A stretch of 64,000 nt of DNA, from NCBI GenBank assembly GCA_951406725.2, contig OX597836.1, positions 47,988,001 to 48,052,000 of the forward strand. The letters are read 5' to 3'. Positions 24,761-37,590 of this stretch are shown in pieces (position 1 is the stretch's first letter; every line of letters starts with the position of its first letter). A program made the position numbers and the translations under genes. The notes beneath the pieces were generated by a model. That model was given only the letters and a program-made list of their open reading frames with translations. It had not been told where the DNA came from and ran no database searches. Source of the DNA: Octopus vulgaris (taxonomy: Eukaryota).

Positions 24761-26572
24761 TTTGTTTGTTCAGTAGGAATAACTGCTTCTCAAACTGCAT
24801 CATTGGGGCACAGAGAAAGAATAGGGAGTCAAGGGGATCGGGGGGGGGGAGAGAATAACTTTCCAATAACAATGGAACCTGTCTTCCATGTGGCTGCTGT
24901 AGAATATTTATTCCAAAGTTTCTCTCTTCAGCTTTGGGCCACCTTTTCACTTTAATGGCTGCAAGAAACAGATTTTCAGTTCCATATTTTTTCCCCCTTT
25001 TTTTTAAATCTATTTATTATTGATTAATTTCAATGCAACAACAGCAACAACAACAACAACACATTCAAAATCTAAGAGATGACAGGCTTCATCATTATCA
25101 GCTAATTTTCTTTTCTTCTACCTCCAAGTCAATCAGCGTGCCATTGCCTTCTTGCTTCCAGTGACTAACAGTTTGTGCATGCACAACAACAACAACAAAA
25201 GTGGATGGGCGTTGAAAGGGTTAGGGAGAAATTCTTTTAACAATTGTCATTTTGTTTTCAAGAGGTTCCTGAAATGCTTCTTGCTCTTCTGAAATGTTTC
25301 TTGCTGCTCACTGCTCCTTGTTGAAAATGTTCTCATTTACAAAAAATGTTAGCAACAACAAATATCAAAGTTGTGTTGTAAAGCATTCAAGATATTTCTG
25401 TTTTATTGTTGATTGCTTCTTTCCTGACTGCAGGGACAAATATTTGTCTCGTTTTGCGGCTTACTACTTACCTTCTTCATTCCTGCTCCCCTCCTCTCAA
25501 TGCATTTAAAAGCCGTAATCACTACCATGGCATAGAAAATACCGCCCAGACAATATCATATTCAAAACAAAACAATTTTTTCTCCATAAAATGTCCCTAT
25601 TAATTCCTAATAATAAATATCTTTATTAATCTGCCTTCCATTCTCAGTTTCACTCTGTTGTTAATTCCCTAATTCTCTGTCTCGTCCGTGCAACATAAGT
25701 TCCCTTTCTTTTTCACATTTCTCCCTCATTTTCAATGTTTCTCTCTCTCTCTCTCTCTCTTTCTTTCTCTCTCTCTCTCTCTCTTACCCTCATTAATTAA
25801 TTAATACTGTCCTTAGTCTCTAATCCCTTTAGCTGCTAATGCTGCTGCTACCCTAATCCGGGTGTTATTTGTCCTGATCAGCATTCTCACTAGCATTAAT
25901 GAGGTGAAAATCCTCCGATGAAAATATTTCAAACATTCTTTTATCTCATTTATGGAACAACATGAGTTTTGAAAAATATTTTATTGAATTCAATGTTTTT
26001 ACTCATCTCCTCCAACTCCACTTTTTATTTTCTTCATATCATGGCCAAATGTTATTTTATATATTTAAAATTACAATTAACTGAACTAGTAGTCTACTAT
26101 CATCAGTGAATTTAATGAAGTAAAAAGAAAATTACAAGAGAAGAATTTCTTTTCCCTGTTTGGATAATTCTTCCTTATTAGAATAACATTATGAGTAACG
26201 GTTGCCATTAAAATGGAATGTGTGAATTTATTCACAAATAAAAGATGAAATAAGGAAATAAAGTTGGATTCACTGCTAGAGATTTCTTTATTGATATTAT
26301 CTCAACATGAGTAGATCTTCAAACTCGTTTCATAAACATCAATATCGGTATTTCATCTCATGTTTTATCCCCCAGTGATTTGTTTACACAAAACTGCCAT
26401 TGGATGTTTCATAAATGTTAGAAATCGTTCTTATACTCTGCTGTTATTACTATTATTGCTTAGTTTATCTTTCTATTATTATTCAGTACATCCTTCTGCT
26501 CTTTGTGTATCATCATGTTATTAGTATTATTACTTAGTATCCTTCTGTTATTACTGTCCTTACTATATCCTT

Positions 26573-26912
26573 TGTGAAGGCACATGGCTCAGTGGTTAGA
26601 GCATCGAGCTTACGATCGCAAGGTTGTGAGCTCGAATCCCGGACTGGGCTGCATGTTGTGTTCTTGAGCAAGACACTTTATTTCATGTTGCTCCAGTTCA
26701 CTGTAGAAATGAGTTGCGACGTCACAGGTGCCAAGCTGTATCGGCCCCTTTGCCTTTTTCTTGGATAACACTGGTGGCGTGGAGAAGGGAGGCCGGTATG
26801 CATGGGCGACTGCTGGTCTTCCATAAACAACCTTTCCCAGACTTGTGCCTGGGAGGGTGACTTTCTAGGTGCAATCCCATGGTCAGTGTCGTGATCGAAG
26901 GGGGTCTCAGAA
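26573..26912 (+). mobile_element. tRNA-derived SINE family E with 9-bp TSD
   Basis: A-box tggctcagtgg, B-box gagctcgaatccc, downstream gtgttcttgagcaagacactt; TSD tatatcctt at 26564-26572 and 26913-26921. Confidence 0.8.
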
Positions 26913-26942
26913 TATATCCTTATGTTACTACCATCCTAAGTA

Positions 26943-28156
26943 TTGGGTCATCCCATAAATAATGCAGTTTTTTTATACTTCTTTTATTTTTCAAAATTAA
27001 GATAAACAAAGTTCTTTTTAATCTAAAATATACTCTCCTTTATTTTCTACAATGCTCTTCCATTTACTTGGTAGACTTGCAAGGCCCCTCTTCCAAAATT
27101 CACTTGTCCATTACGAAAAATACTCCTCCAGTACTGTTCTGCCTTTGCCTACAGGCAGAATTTCATATTTTTCCTATCCAAATGATTTTGAAGACTGCAG
27201 AATAAATGATAATCAGATGGGGCAATGTCCAACAAATATGGTGGGTGGGGCATCAAAGAACACCTTTAATCTTGAAACCAAAGATGGTCATTTTTCTTCA
27301 AGCATTGACTTAAGCCGCTCACGCTGTTCGCAGTAGATCTCCTTTGTTATCATTTGGTTTGGGTTTAAAAGTTCAAAGTGGACTAAACCTCACCAAACAG
27401 ATAACAACACCTTACATGGATGAAGACCTTTTTTAGCCTGGGGTGCCAGTGTTTCTTGTTTCCCTCCCCGCTGTCTTCAGTGCATGACATTTTTACAGAG
27501 AACCCATTTCTCGTCACCAGTCACTATTCAGTCCAAAAAAGGGTCATTCATGGGATGTGACCAGAAAGAAGAACACACATTCACTCTCTGCATGCGATTA
27601 GACTCGCAAAGTTTGTGAGGAACCCATTGACTCAATTTGCTGCCTTTTCAGATGGCACACAGGTGTCAATGAATGGTCGAAGGACCAAATCCAAGCTTCT
27701 CTGCTAGTTCCTCAACTGTTACAATGAGATTTTGTTCCACCAGGGTTTGCAGGACATCCTCATTGAGTTCTACAGATCTTCCAGGACGGGGCTCGTCTTC
27801 TAGGCTATAGTTTCCAGTTCAGAAATTCTCTGGAACCACCGTTAACACTGGCTTATGCTTATTGTCCGATCCCCATATACTGCATTAATATTCCTAGCGC
27901 TTTCCATTCCATTGTTGCCTTTATTGAACTCATAAAGCAAAATATGCTGAATATGCTCCTTTGTCACTTCCATAATAGCTTTGGAAAAATAACTGTTAAA
28001 ATCAAACTGCACTCTTCAAAACTTGCACTATGAATAAGTACAAGGTAAAATTACTACCTGCTTTTATAGCAAGTTGATGCAGGAAGTTTATCCCATCCCC
28101 CGCCGACTTTTAGTTCATGCAACTGAAAAAACAGCATTATTTATGGGATGGCCCAA
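26943..28156 (-). mobile_element. Mariner (DD34D-type) DNA transposon, both ends intact, inactive
   Basis: TIRs ttgggtcatcccataaataatgcagtttttt / aaaaaacagcattatttatgggatggcccaa; TA duplication at 26941-26942 and 28157-28158. Confidence 0.93.
27018..27973 (-). pseudogene. Mariner transposase pseudogene
   Basis: MEVTKEHIQHILLYEFNKG...LEDEPRPGR...WVPHKL...IVTGDEKWVL...HPPYLLDIAPSDYHLF...KWKSIVENKGEYILD*. It has several stops and frameshifts, and an internal deletion near 27255 removes the HDNARPH (second Asp) motif. Confidence 0.9.
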
Positions 28157-29169
28157 TATATCCTGCTGTTATTAGTGTTATTACTTAATATATCCTTCTA
28201 TTATCACTGACTTCAGTATATCCTTCTGTTATGACTATCCTTTTTACTGTGGCAAGCTGGTAGAGTCGGCATACCAGACAAAAAATTTAGTGGCGTTACA
28301 TTCTGAGTTCAAATTCCATCAAGATCAACTTTTCCTTTCATCCTTTCAGGGTCCATAAAAAAGTACCAGTTGAATACTGGGGTCTGTGTAATCAACTTAC
28401 CCCCACCCTCCAAAATTTCAGGACTTGTGCCTCTGGTAGAAATGGTTATTACTATCCTTAGTGTATCCTTCTGTTATTACTCTCCTCAGTATATCCTTCT
28501 ATTATTATTATTATTATCCAACACATCCTGATGTTGTTAATGTACTCAGTATTTCCAGTGAAATTACCATTACTTGGCTCCATTACTTCCATTACTTATT
28601 CAGTAAGACATAACAGAATTACGTTGACTTTCAATAAAACATTTGCAAAAATCTCTCTTTATATTTCGTTGTTTCATTTTATATAATCACAATATGTACA
28701 GTTGTCTTTCTACTGCAAGCATTTTCATTCACTGTTTGTTTTCTCTCTCTGTATACATTCTGTGATGTTTACAATGAAATCTAGGCACATACTTCTCTCT
28801 CAACACACACTGCTCTGAGATCATACACCACGCTAAACACACACTGATCTCTAAATAGCAAACACACACTGATCTCTAAATAGCAAACACACACTGCTCT
28901 GAGCACATCTTTTCTCTAAACAGACACTGCTCTGGAGATGGCAAAATGCCTTGTGGTATTTGGTTACGTCCATTTGAGCTTAAATCCCATTGAGGTCAGA
29001 TTTGTCTTCCTTTCTGCGTCAATAAAATGAGATATCTTAAAGGGCTGGTGCAGATGCGGGTCTCTTTGACTGTTTCCAACCTCAAAACTGTTCTGGTCTG
29101 AACCTGTTATGAGACACCACTGCACTGCGCAGGCATTTTTCTGGCAGTCTATACTGTACTGTTGAGGAG

Positions 29170-29266
29170 TTGTAGTAGTGGTAGTGGTGGTGGATGGTTG
29201 TGGTGGTGATGGCAATAGTAGTAATGGTGGTGGTGGCGGTGGTAGCTGTAGTAGTAGTTGTAGTAC

Positions 29267-29303
<37 letters not shown>

Positions 29304-29460
29304 GGCAGCAGCACTGGTGGTGGTAGTGATAGTAGTTGTGGTGGTAGTGATAGTAGTTGTGGTGGTAGTAGTAGTAGTAGTGGCAGCAGCACTGGTGGTG
29401 GTAGTGATAGTAGTTGTGGTGGTGGTGGTAGTAGTAGTAGTAGTAGTGGCAGCAGCACTG

Positions 29461-29500
<40 letters not shown>

Positions 29501-29560
29501 CAGCAGCACTGGTGGTGGTAGTGATAGTAGTTGTGGTGGTGGTGGTGGCGGTGGCAATGA
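29170..29560. repeat. Compound (GGT)n/(AGT)n minisatellite with recurring ggcagcagcactggtggt units
   Basis: Directly visible; source of the Gly/Ser, Val and Pro/Leu ORFs. Confidence 0.9.
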
Positions 29561-32500
29561 TAGTTATTGTTTCAATTTATATTCATTGAGAAATTAACAA
29601 GCTGAGCATCTCAGTTTTTATCAACATCTTTCGAGACATCTTCCCAGGCCTAGATTGGATGCGGAGTTTGAAAGCTTCTCATGTGTTTCTTGCCGAAGTA
29701 ATTTCCTCTGGAATATATTTACCGTTAAAAATAGATGACAGAGATTTGAGATCAATATGATTTCTTAGCGATCATTCTTTGTGCAGTTCTTCACTTCTTT
29801 CTCTTGTAATCTGAACATCAATATAAAACTAGCTCAACGCGTTCTGCAATTTGCTTTTTCATTTTACTTTCTTGTGTGTTTTTTTTTCTTTGCTTTTTAT
29901 TTTGTTGTTGTTTATTTATCTCTCACAACAATACTCGAGATTTTTTGTCTTTAAAAAGTGCTTACTTAACCAATTCAGTGAGCAATCATTTATATTTATA
30001 GCCTGTGGTTTAATTTCACATTGTTTATTATTAGTAGACCAGACTTTTGTTTCACATTCAAAAATACTTTCTAATAACCTTTTTTTGCGTGAAACCTTAT
30101 ATTCAATCCTCACTTCAGCAGAACAGATTAACAGCTATTTTTCTTTTTGTTTATTTTTCATCACTCAAACTGTAATATCTAGATTTATTCTTTAAAAAAA
30201 ACAGAAAGAAATTGAAGACATTCTGCTATACTGAAGCATCCATTTTAGTAAATGAAATCAGAATATTTGAAATAAAGGATGTCGATGTGGTGGGGTGGGT
30301 CTTCCTCACTGGAGTATCACACCATTGTTAGCGGCATACAGCATTGTTTAGAATTTCTTTTTTAACTTACACTACCCACCCACTCTCTCTCTCTCACACA
30401 CACACATACACACGAATTGTGTTTATATAAATTTATTAATTTCTTTAATATCCAGTTATTGTCCATCACAAACACACTTCTAAAGATACACTTCAATATC
30501 GCAATCCCTCCACTCATTATCAATTTAGCATTTAAACCGGCCACATCCAGCCATAATATCCTATTTGTTTTTTGTTCTGACCAAATACAATCTCTCCCAC
30601 ATTATCATCATCATCATCATCATCATCGTTTAACGTCTGTTTTCCATGCTAGCATGGGTTGGATGGTTTGAATGGGGTCTGGGAAACCAGGAGGCTGCAC
30701 CAGGCTCCAGTCTGATCTGGCAGTGTTTCTACACCTGGATGCCCTTCCTAACGCCAACCACTCCATGACTGTAGTGGGTGTTTTTTACGTGCCACCAGCA
30801 CAGGGGCCAGAGGAGGCTGGCAATGGCCACGATTGGTTGGTGCTTTTTACGAGCCACTGGCACAAGGAAAGAGTCCTGTAGTCAAAATCTGAAAGCTTTG
30901 ATAATAATGCATGACTAATTCAAAACAAATGTAAATAGATAAGCATTACATCTAAATAAGTAATCTGAATGCTAAAGGGTTAAAGATTCAGTGAAGTTTT
31001 CGAATGGCTATACCTGCTTCTTCACAGGGAAGGAGAACAGCTTGAAGCAAAACGGTTTAGAAATTTTGAAATTCAGAATCATAATTCCCTTTGTGTGTGT
31101 GTGGGGGGGGGGGGACAATCCAATTCTGTGCCTTTTTCCGCCCCCATCTGCTGGGGCCAGCTATTCTAGAAATAAGAGTTTCATACTTTTGCACAAGGCC
31201 AGCAATTTTAAGGGGTAGGGTGTGGGAGTTGATTATATTAATCCCTGTACTTGACTAATACTTAATTTTATCAACCCTGAAAAGATGAAAGGCAAAGTTG
31301 ACCTCCATGGGGTTTTCAAACTCAGAACATAACGAACCAGAATCTATCTTTAGAAGTAACAATCCTTTTGAATGTTTGGTGATAACCCGGCATATTTTAT
31401 CTGTTGCCATGGCATTAAGAAGTGATCCTCTGGACTTGTATCTTTGTCCTTTTTTTTTTTTTTTTTTTTTTTTTTGCTGCACCTTTTCATTTTTGTCTCT
31501 TATCAGTTCCATTCTATTAGGAAATGAGCAATAAATTAATTTAGATGTGAGAGATTTATTAGAGAAAGATAAATTTCTCTTTTTGCTTATCTTGAACCAC
31601 TCCCACTTAAAAAAAAAAAAACTCCTCCAAGTTGTAAACTTTAGAACTGACTGACTTCAATAACAAGATTAAGGAGAAAATATCAGTGAAATACATAAAT
31701 ATCTCTGTTTGTTAAGATTCTTCACATATTTATTTCAGACTCCTTTCATCTCCAGCAGTTATCAAGTTAACTTGCTTTATCCCTTAATATTTGCTAAATG
31801 TGCTGGAAATGTTTACAAATAAAACACGAAAACAGTAAAGTTCCATTCCTCTGGCATCCTGAAGTCTTTTTGATGCAGTTCAGGTTTTCTTTTTCTCATT
31901 TTCTTCCCTAAGTACCATCACTTGCTGCTGGTGTCTCTCTCTGTCCTTGTTTTCATTCAAATTGAAAAGAATGGTAGCAACACCACAGCCCTTTGTTTGT
32001 GTATTTATATTTTATTATCCATTTGTGAAAAATATCTTCCAATTTTAATAAGAGGAACCATTTTGGAGGCAGATGTGAAAAGGAAGCATGTAACTCTCAC
32101 ATTGCACTTGGAAACCGAAATAATATAGTATTTAGAATTAGGTGAAAACCAGAATGCCATTCTGTGTGAATATCATGTAGAGTCGCATCAGATTTGTTGA
32201 CATTAAAAGACAAAAGACATGTTGGTACTGTTTCTATCTGATTCAGAGACAAATAAAGGTGATGATGTGTGACATACTTTAAAAAGACAACCAAAACTTT
32301 TGGAAGTGCAGTGTTATTTAAGTTTAGTGCAAAGTGATCCGAAGGTATGTCAATTTCAGGAGCAACGGTCGTTGGAAATGTCAAGTAATTAACACAAAGA
32401 CATAGATATTGCCGAGACTCGAGGCTCGTTATTTGTTGTCGGGTGAGTTAGAAACCTTAATATATGACATTTATAAACATAATTTAGAGATGAAAAGAAG

Positions 32501-32950
32501 TTTGTAGATACTGAAGATGTTAAAAATAGAATTACATTTTTGATGACCTGATTAAAAAAACCTGATTCTGTTGTTTTTGTTTATTTAAGCCTAAGTCCCA
32601 ATACGCTGATATGTTTGAAAATGTAGCCCTTCCCGGATCCCAAAGGTACCAGATTAGCAGGGTTATTCATTCACTCTTTTACTTTTAATTTCCTTTCTCG
32701 TTTCTGTACTCGTTACCCTCAGACAACTGGCACCTTCCTCTTTACTTCGTGTTTTTTTTGGGGTTTTTTTTTTCAACATTAATTTATATAATTAGTAAGC
32801 CATTTCAAATTTAAAAAGTTGTCTTCATTACTGTTACGAATATCATTTACTCCTTCGCCAAATTCGTTTAGTATCACATTTTATCCCTCGTATTATGCAG
32901 TAAGTGACTCATCATTTCAATTAGTTTTCTGACCAGAAAACCATTTACAT

Positions 32951-33005
32951 GGAATATAGTTTAATGAGATTATCAATCGCTAATAATCTCATTAAGCTGT
33001 ATTTT
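32951..33005 (+). ncRNA. Candidate intronic hairpin (pre-miRNA-like)
   Basis: 23-bp stem: a perfect 13-bp core ttaatgagattat/ataatctcattaa plus 10 bp with four G-U pairs. The loop is 9 nt and the flanks look unique. Confidence 0.3.
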
Positions 33006-33849
33006 CTTTAACTTCTACATAATAACTCTGTCTTAATCCTGCTTTAGAAATAGCCACTGCTCTTCAAGTTCTTCCCCAGTGTCTAGATTAAATTCCATAA
33101 AACATTATTTTTCCCATTTCAGTGATGGTAATAAGGAAGAATTAGCTGCACTAATTTCATCTCTTTGGTAGGTCAAAAGACAGTTGACTCATTTGCAATA
33201 TCTTCATATTTCAGCAGAAATATGTACAGTTTTGCATTGTGAGGCTCAGTTGCACTTAAAGAAGGAATCACCAGGAAAGTGGCATGAGTCAGTCCAGTCT
33301 TCAGTAATTATTCCCATGTAATAATTAGATCTATTTGCTATCATACTAAGGAGTATTGTGGATGTAGAATGTTGTCTGTTAAACTGAGAGTGAATGAAGT
33401 AAAATGAAATTGTGTAGAAGGATGAGGTGTTTATCTTTCATGCTTGACTTCCAGCAGCAAACAGCGAAGGAATGTTTGAGTGTGACAGAATTAAAACAAG
33501 AGTGGGTTAAAAATAATAGGTGAAACAACGATTGGTGGGCCAATGTCATTGACAGAAAATACAACTATGATTCAAAAAGGATTACAAAAGTTATCTTCCA
33601 TATTTTGTGTGTGTGTGTGTGTGTGTGTGATCATCATCAGTTTAACATCCACTTTTCCATGCTTGCATGGGTCAGATGAAATACATTGAGGCTGATCTTC
33701 TACAGTTGGATGCCCTTCCTATCACCAACCCTCACTTGTTTCCAAGTAAGGTAATATTTTCCCAAAGCCAGACATTTTTCATGAAAAACTGGAAACAAAC
33801 AACCTCACTTGCAAGACAGTGATGTTTATTTACAACCATCACATGATGT

Positions 33850-33885
<36 letters not shown>

Positions 33886-35661
33886 CATTGCTAATAATTT
33901 GAGTAGTTGCTTCTTCTCAAGTCATAGATCCCCTAGTTATGTATTGTTTGTTTCAGTGAAAAGAAAAGGCAAAACAGCACATCTTGTTGTAACTAAGATT
34001 GTCCTCACATTATTGTCAAGTGCCCTGTAACTTGTGGTATCTTTTGCTGATCTCAACAAAGTGGAAATATTAACTTGTCCAGGTTTTGATGTAAAACGGA
34101 ACAAGAAACATATTTGCCGTATTGACTCTCTTGGATAATGTTTCAGCAAGATGGACCCCTTTTGTTTCATTTCCCAGAGAAAGACAAATGTAAAACAAGC
34201 AAAAAGACATTGAAGTCTGGATCCTGTTGAGAATATTATCCCCACCAAATCTGGACTGAAGGGGTACAAGAACTGTAAAACAGGAAATGTACAAGCACAA
34301 ATAACTGCCATCTTTGCGTAGTAGGAGGATATCTTTGCCTGGCAGCGGGCCATCTTCACGCAAGCAGAATGACTTAAGCTCACCAAAATCAGAAGTGATT
34401 CTATCTTATTCAGGAAAATTACCGTGATATAATTTTGCACTCACTGATCGCATCAATAGCATTAATATGTTCAGGTGAAAATTCTCGAAATGATTGTCAT
34501 AACTTGTACTTCTTCTTGCGGCTTGGTGGATAAGAGCTGTTGAAATCCTATGTGCAATAATTGTGTTTGATCCTAACTCTTGCACATGCTCATATCTATA
34601 GCACCTGATGATAAGCACAGATTAAGTATTTGGAATGCAGTTTGTAAAAACAAAAATTAAAAGAAAAAAAATCTACAAAAGATGAGAAAAACAATCTAAA
34701 CGTTTTCACTAATATTAATGGTCATATTGAAAAGACAATGAGGGCGGCTTCTACATGGCTGCTCACTCTGCTAAAAATAGCAGCCAGATCTCCCCTATTC
34801 TCTTATGGAAAGGAGCTGCACATTGGATAATATACTCCTAGAAGACCTTTGATCAAAGGTCTACATGTTCAACTATAATATTATAAGTCATTTACTAATA
34901 CCATAATCCCAATAATGATTTCATTTTACTGTTAAGTTTAACTGCATTTTAAAAGAAGCTTTCAGATGTCTCTAACCATCAAAACACTTTTTATTTTTAT
35001 TCGTAAAGATTGGATTATAAATTCCTTTCCTGTTAAGTAATATTTGCTTTACCGCTTTACTTTGCACAAAATGGCTGCAGGTTCTGAAAAAACTGGTTTC
35101 AGGGCGTAGTTTGTAATCCTTTGTTAAACCTTTTTCACTTCCTTACTCTTGCCGTTAATACCTTCAACAAAGACTTAATCATAACTTTCTTCTTCTAAAT
35201 ATAATCCACATTCTTTTACGCTGGTGCAAAAAAGCTTCATTCACCACATTTTACTTACTATTGTATTCAAAAGTTACAAGGAGAAATAAATGCCGCTTTT
35301 GCTCTCATGTTTATATGTCACACCCCAGTTTTTTTTTCAGTTTAAAAGGAGGCATAGAATATTATGATTTATATATGAGGAAATATGATATCATTGTTAT
35401 CTTAATTTAACATCTGTTTTCCATGCTGGCATGGGTTGGACAGTTTGACAGGAGTTGGTAAGGCAAGGGGCCACATCTGGTTTCATTGTCTGTTTTGGCG
35501 TGGTTTCTATGGCTGGATGCCCTTCCTAATGCCAACCACTATACAGATAGTGTTGGGTGATTTTTACTTGGCACCAGCATCACTGCTTTTTATGTGACTA
35601 TGGATGTATGTAGGTATTATGTATGCATGTATGTATGTAGGTATGCATGTATGTATGTAAT

Positions 35662-35887
35662 AAGGCGGCGAGCTGGCAGAAACGTTAGCACGCCGGGCGA
35701 AATGCTTAGCGGTATTTCGTCTGTCGTTACGTTCTGAGTTCAAATTCCGCCGAGGTCGACTTTGCCTTTCATCCTTTCGGGGTCGATTAAATAAATACCA
35801 GTTGCGCACTGGGGTCCATATAATCGACTTAATCCGTGTGTCTGTCCGTGTTTCTCCCCTCTATGTTTAGCCCCTTGTGGGTAATTA
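35662..35887 (+). mobile_element. SINE family A, low divergence (CpGs retained)
   Basis: aggcggcgagctggcagaaacgttagcacgccgggcgaaatgcttagcgg...tttagccccttgtggg. Confidence 0.88.
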
Positions 35888-35934
35888 AAAAAAAACATGT
35901 ATGTATGTATGTATGTATATACATACATACATAT

Positions 35935-35985
<51 letters not shown>

Positions 35986-36357
35986 TTCGATTCTCAGACC
36001 GGGCGTTGTGTGTGTTTATTGAGCGAAAACACCTAAAAGCTCTACGAGGCTCCGGCAGGGGGTGGTGATCCCTGCTGTACTCTTTCACCACAATGGCGGT
36101 GCCCCAGCATGGCCACAGCTCAAGAGCTGAAACTGGAAAAACAAAAAACAAAACAAAAAACAATATATATATAGCTAGTGAGTTAACTTGGGATTCTTTA
36201 ATGTCACTGTAACCTTCATATAATTAAGGTATCTTTGACCTGATAAGTAGCTAATAGAGTACCTTTCGTTGAGTAATTATTACTTCCAAGGATCTGCTAG
36301 CTAGGAAACATATGCATTCTGGATTTTACCTGCTCTGCTCCCTCAGTTTGGATGGAT

Positions 36358-36616
36358 GGATACATACATACGTACATACATACACACACACACACATACA
36401 GATGCATACATGCATACATACATACACACATGCATACATACATACACACATACATACATGCACACATACATACATACACACATACATACAAGCATACATA
36501 CATACATACACACATACACACACACACACATACACATACAAACATACATACATACACACACACACATACATACAAACATACATACATACACACATACATA
36601 ATACATACATACATAC
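36358..36616. repeat. (TACA)n/(CA)n microsatellite
   Basis: Directly visible. Confidence 0.95.
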
Positions 36617-36794
36617 AAATTGGATCAATTGAGAGTCTTTCTCTTGGAATGTCGTCATCTCCTCCTCCTCTCCACCTCTCCCTCCTAGTATTTAAAAAAA
36701 ACCCAACAAATTTACATTTGCATGAAGCTAACAGCAATTATCAACTGTTAAAGGAAGAGCTGGAAATTGTTGGGTATCATTTCATAATAATAAT

Positions 36795-37590
36795 AGTTTC
36801 ACATTCTGGCACAAGGCCAGCAATTTCAAGAGAGTAATCAGCCCCAGCGTTCAACTGGTACTTATTTTATGAACCCCAAAAAGATAAAAGTGGAATTTGA
36901 ACTCGGAACTTGAGATGGACAAAATACCACAAGGCATTGTGCTCAGCACACAAACAATTCTACCAGCTTGCCACCTTGAAGCCTTGAATAATAATGGTCC
37001 TTTCTATTACAAGCACAGGGTCTGAAATTTTGGGGAATGGTTAAGTTGGTTATATTGATCCTGAAATGATAAAAAGTAAAAGTGACCTCAGTAGAATTTG
37101 AACTCAGAAAGTCAAGACAGATGAAATACCACAAGGCATTTTGCCCAGCATGCTAACAACTCTGTCAGCTCTCCGCCTTTGGAATTATAATAGTCCTCTC
37201 TACTAAAGTTACAAGACCTGAAACTTGGGGGAGGGGGAGAGTCAATTACATTGACCTCAGTACATGACTGGTACTTATTTTATCGACACAGGATGAAAGG
37301 CAAAGTCGACCTCAGTAGAATTTGAACTCAGAATGTGAAGACAGACAAAATACCACCTGACATGCTAATGATTCTGGCAGCTCACCACCTTAATGACAAC
37401 AACAACAACAATAATAATAATGATAATAATGGTTTCAAATTTTGCCACAGGGGCAGCAGTTTTGGGGGAGGGGATGAGACTATGAAAGGTAAAGTCAACC
37501 AGAATTTATACTCGGAATATAGCAGCAGGTGAAATACTGCTAAGCATTTTATCTAGTGTGCTAATGATTCTGCCAGCTCTCCACCTTTAT
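36795..37590 (-). mobile_element. Cluster of four consecutive same-orientation family A SINE copies separated by (AAT)n
   Basis: Repeated gaatttgaactc(a/g)gaa ... gctaa..attctgccagctc..cacctt blocks ending near 36977, 37180, 37391 and 37588. Confidence 0.78.

Noticed and set aside
26574-26650. Possible tRNA gene (also the heads at 6842, 17037 and 63664)
   Set aside because: A and B boxes are present but there is no complete cloverleaf or acceptor stem. Each continues into a SINE body, with a TSD visible at 26573 and 6840.
28964-29597. Gly/Ser-rich, Val-rich and Pro/Leu-rich ORFs resembling structural proteins
   Set aside because: Several frames are open because of a GGT/AGT minisatellite; there are no splice sites or complex flanking coding sequence.
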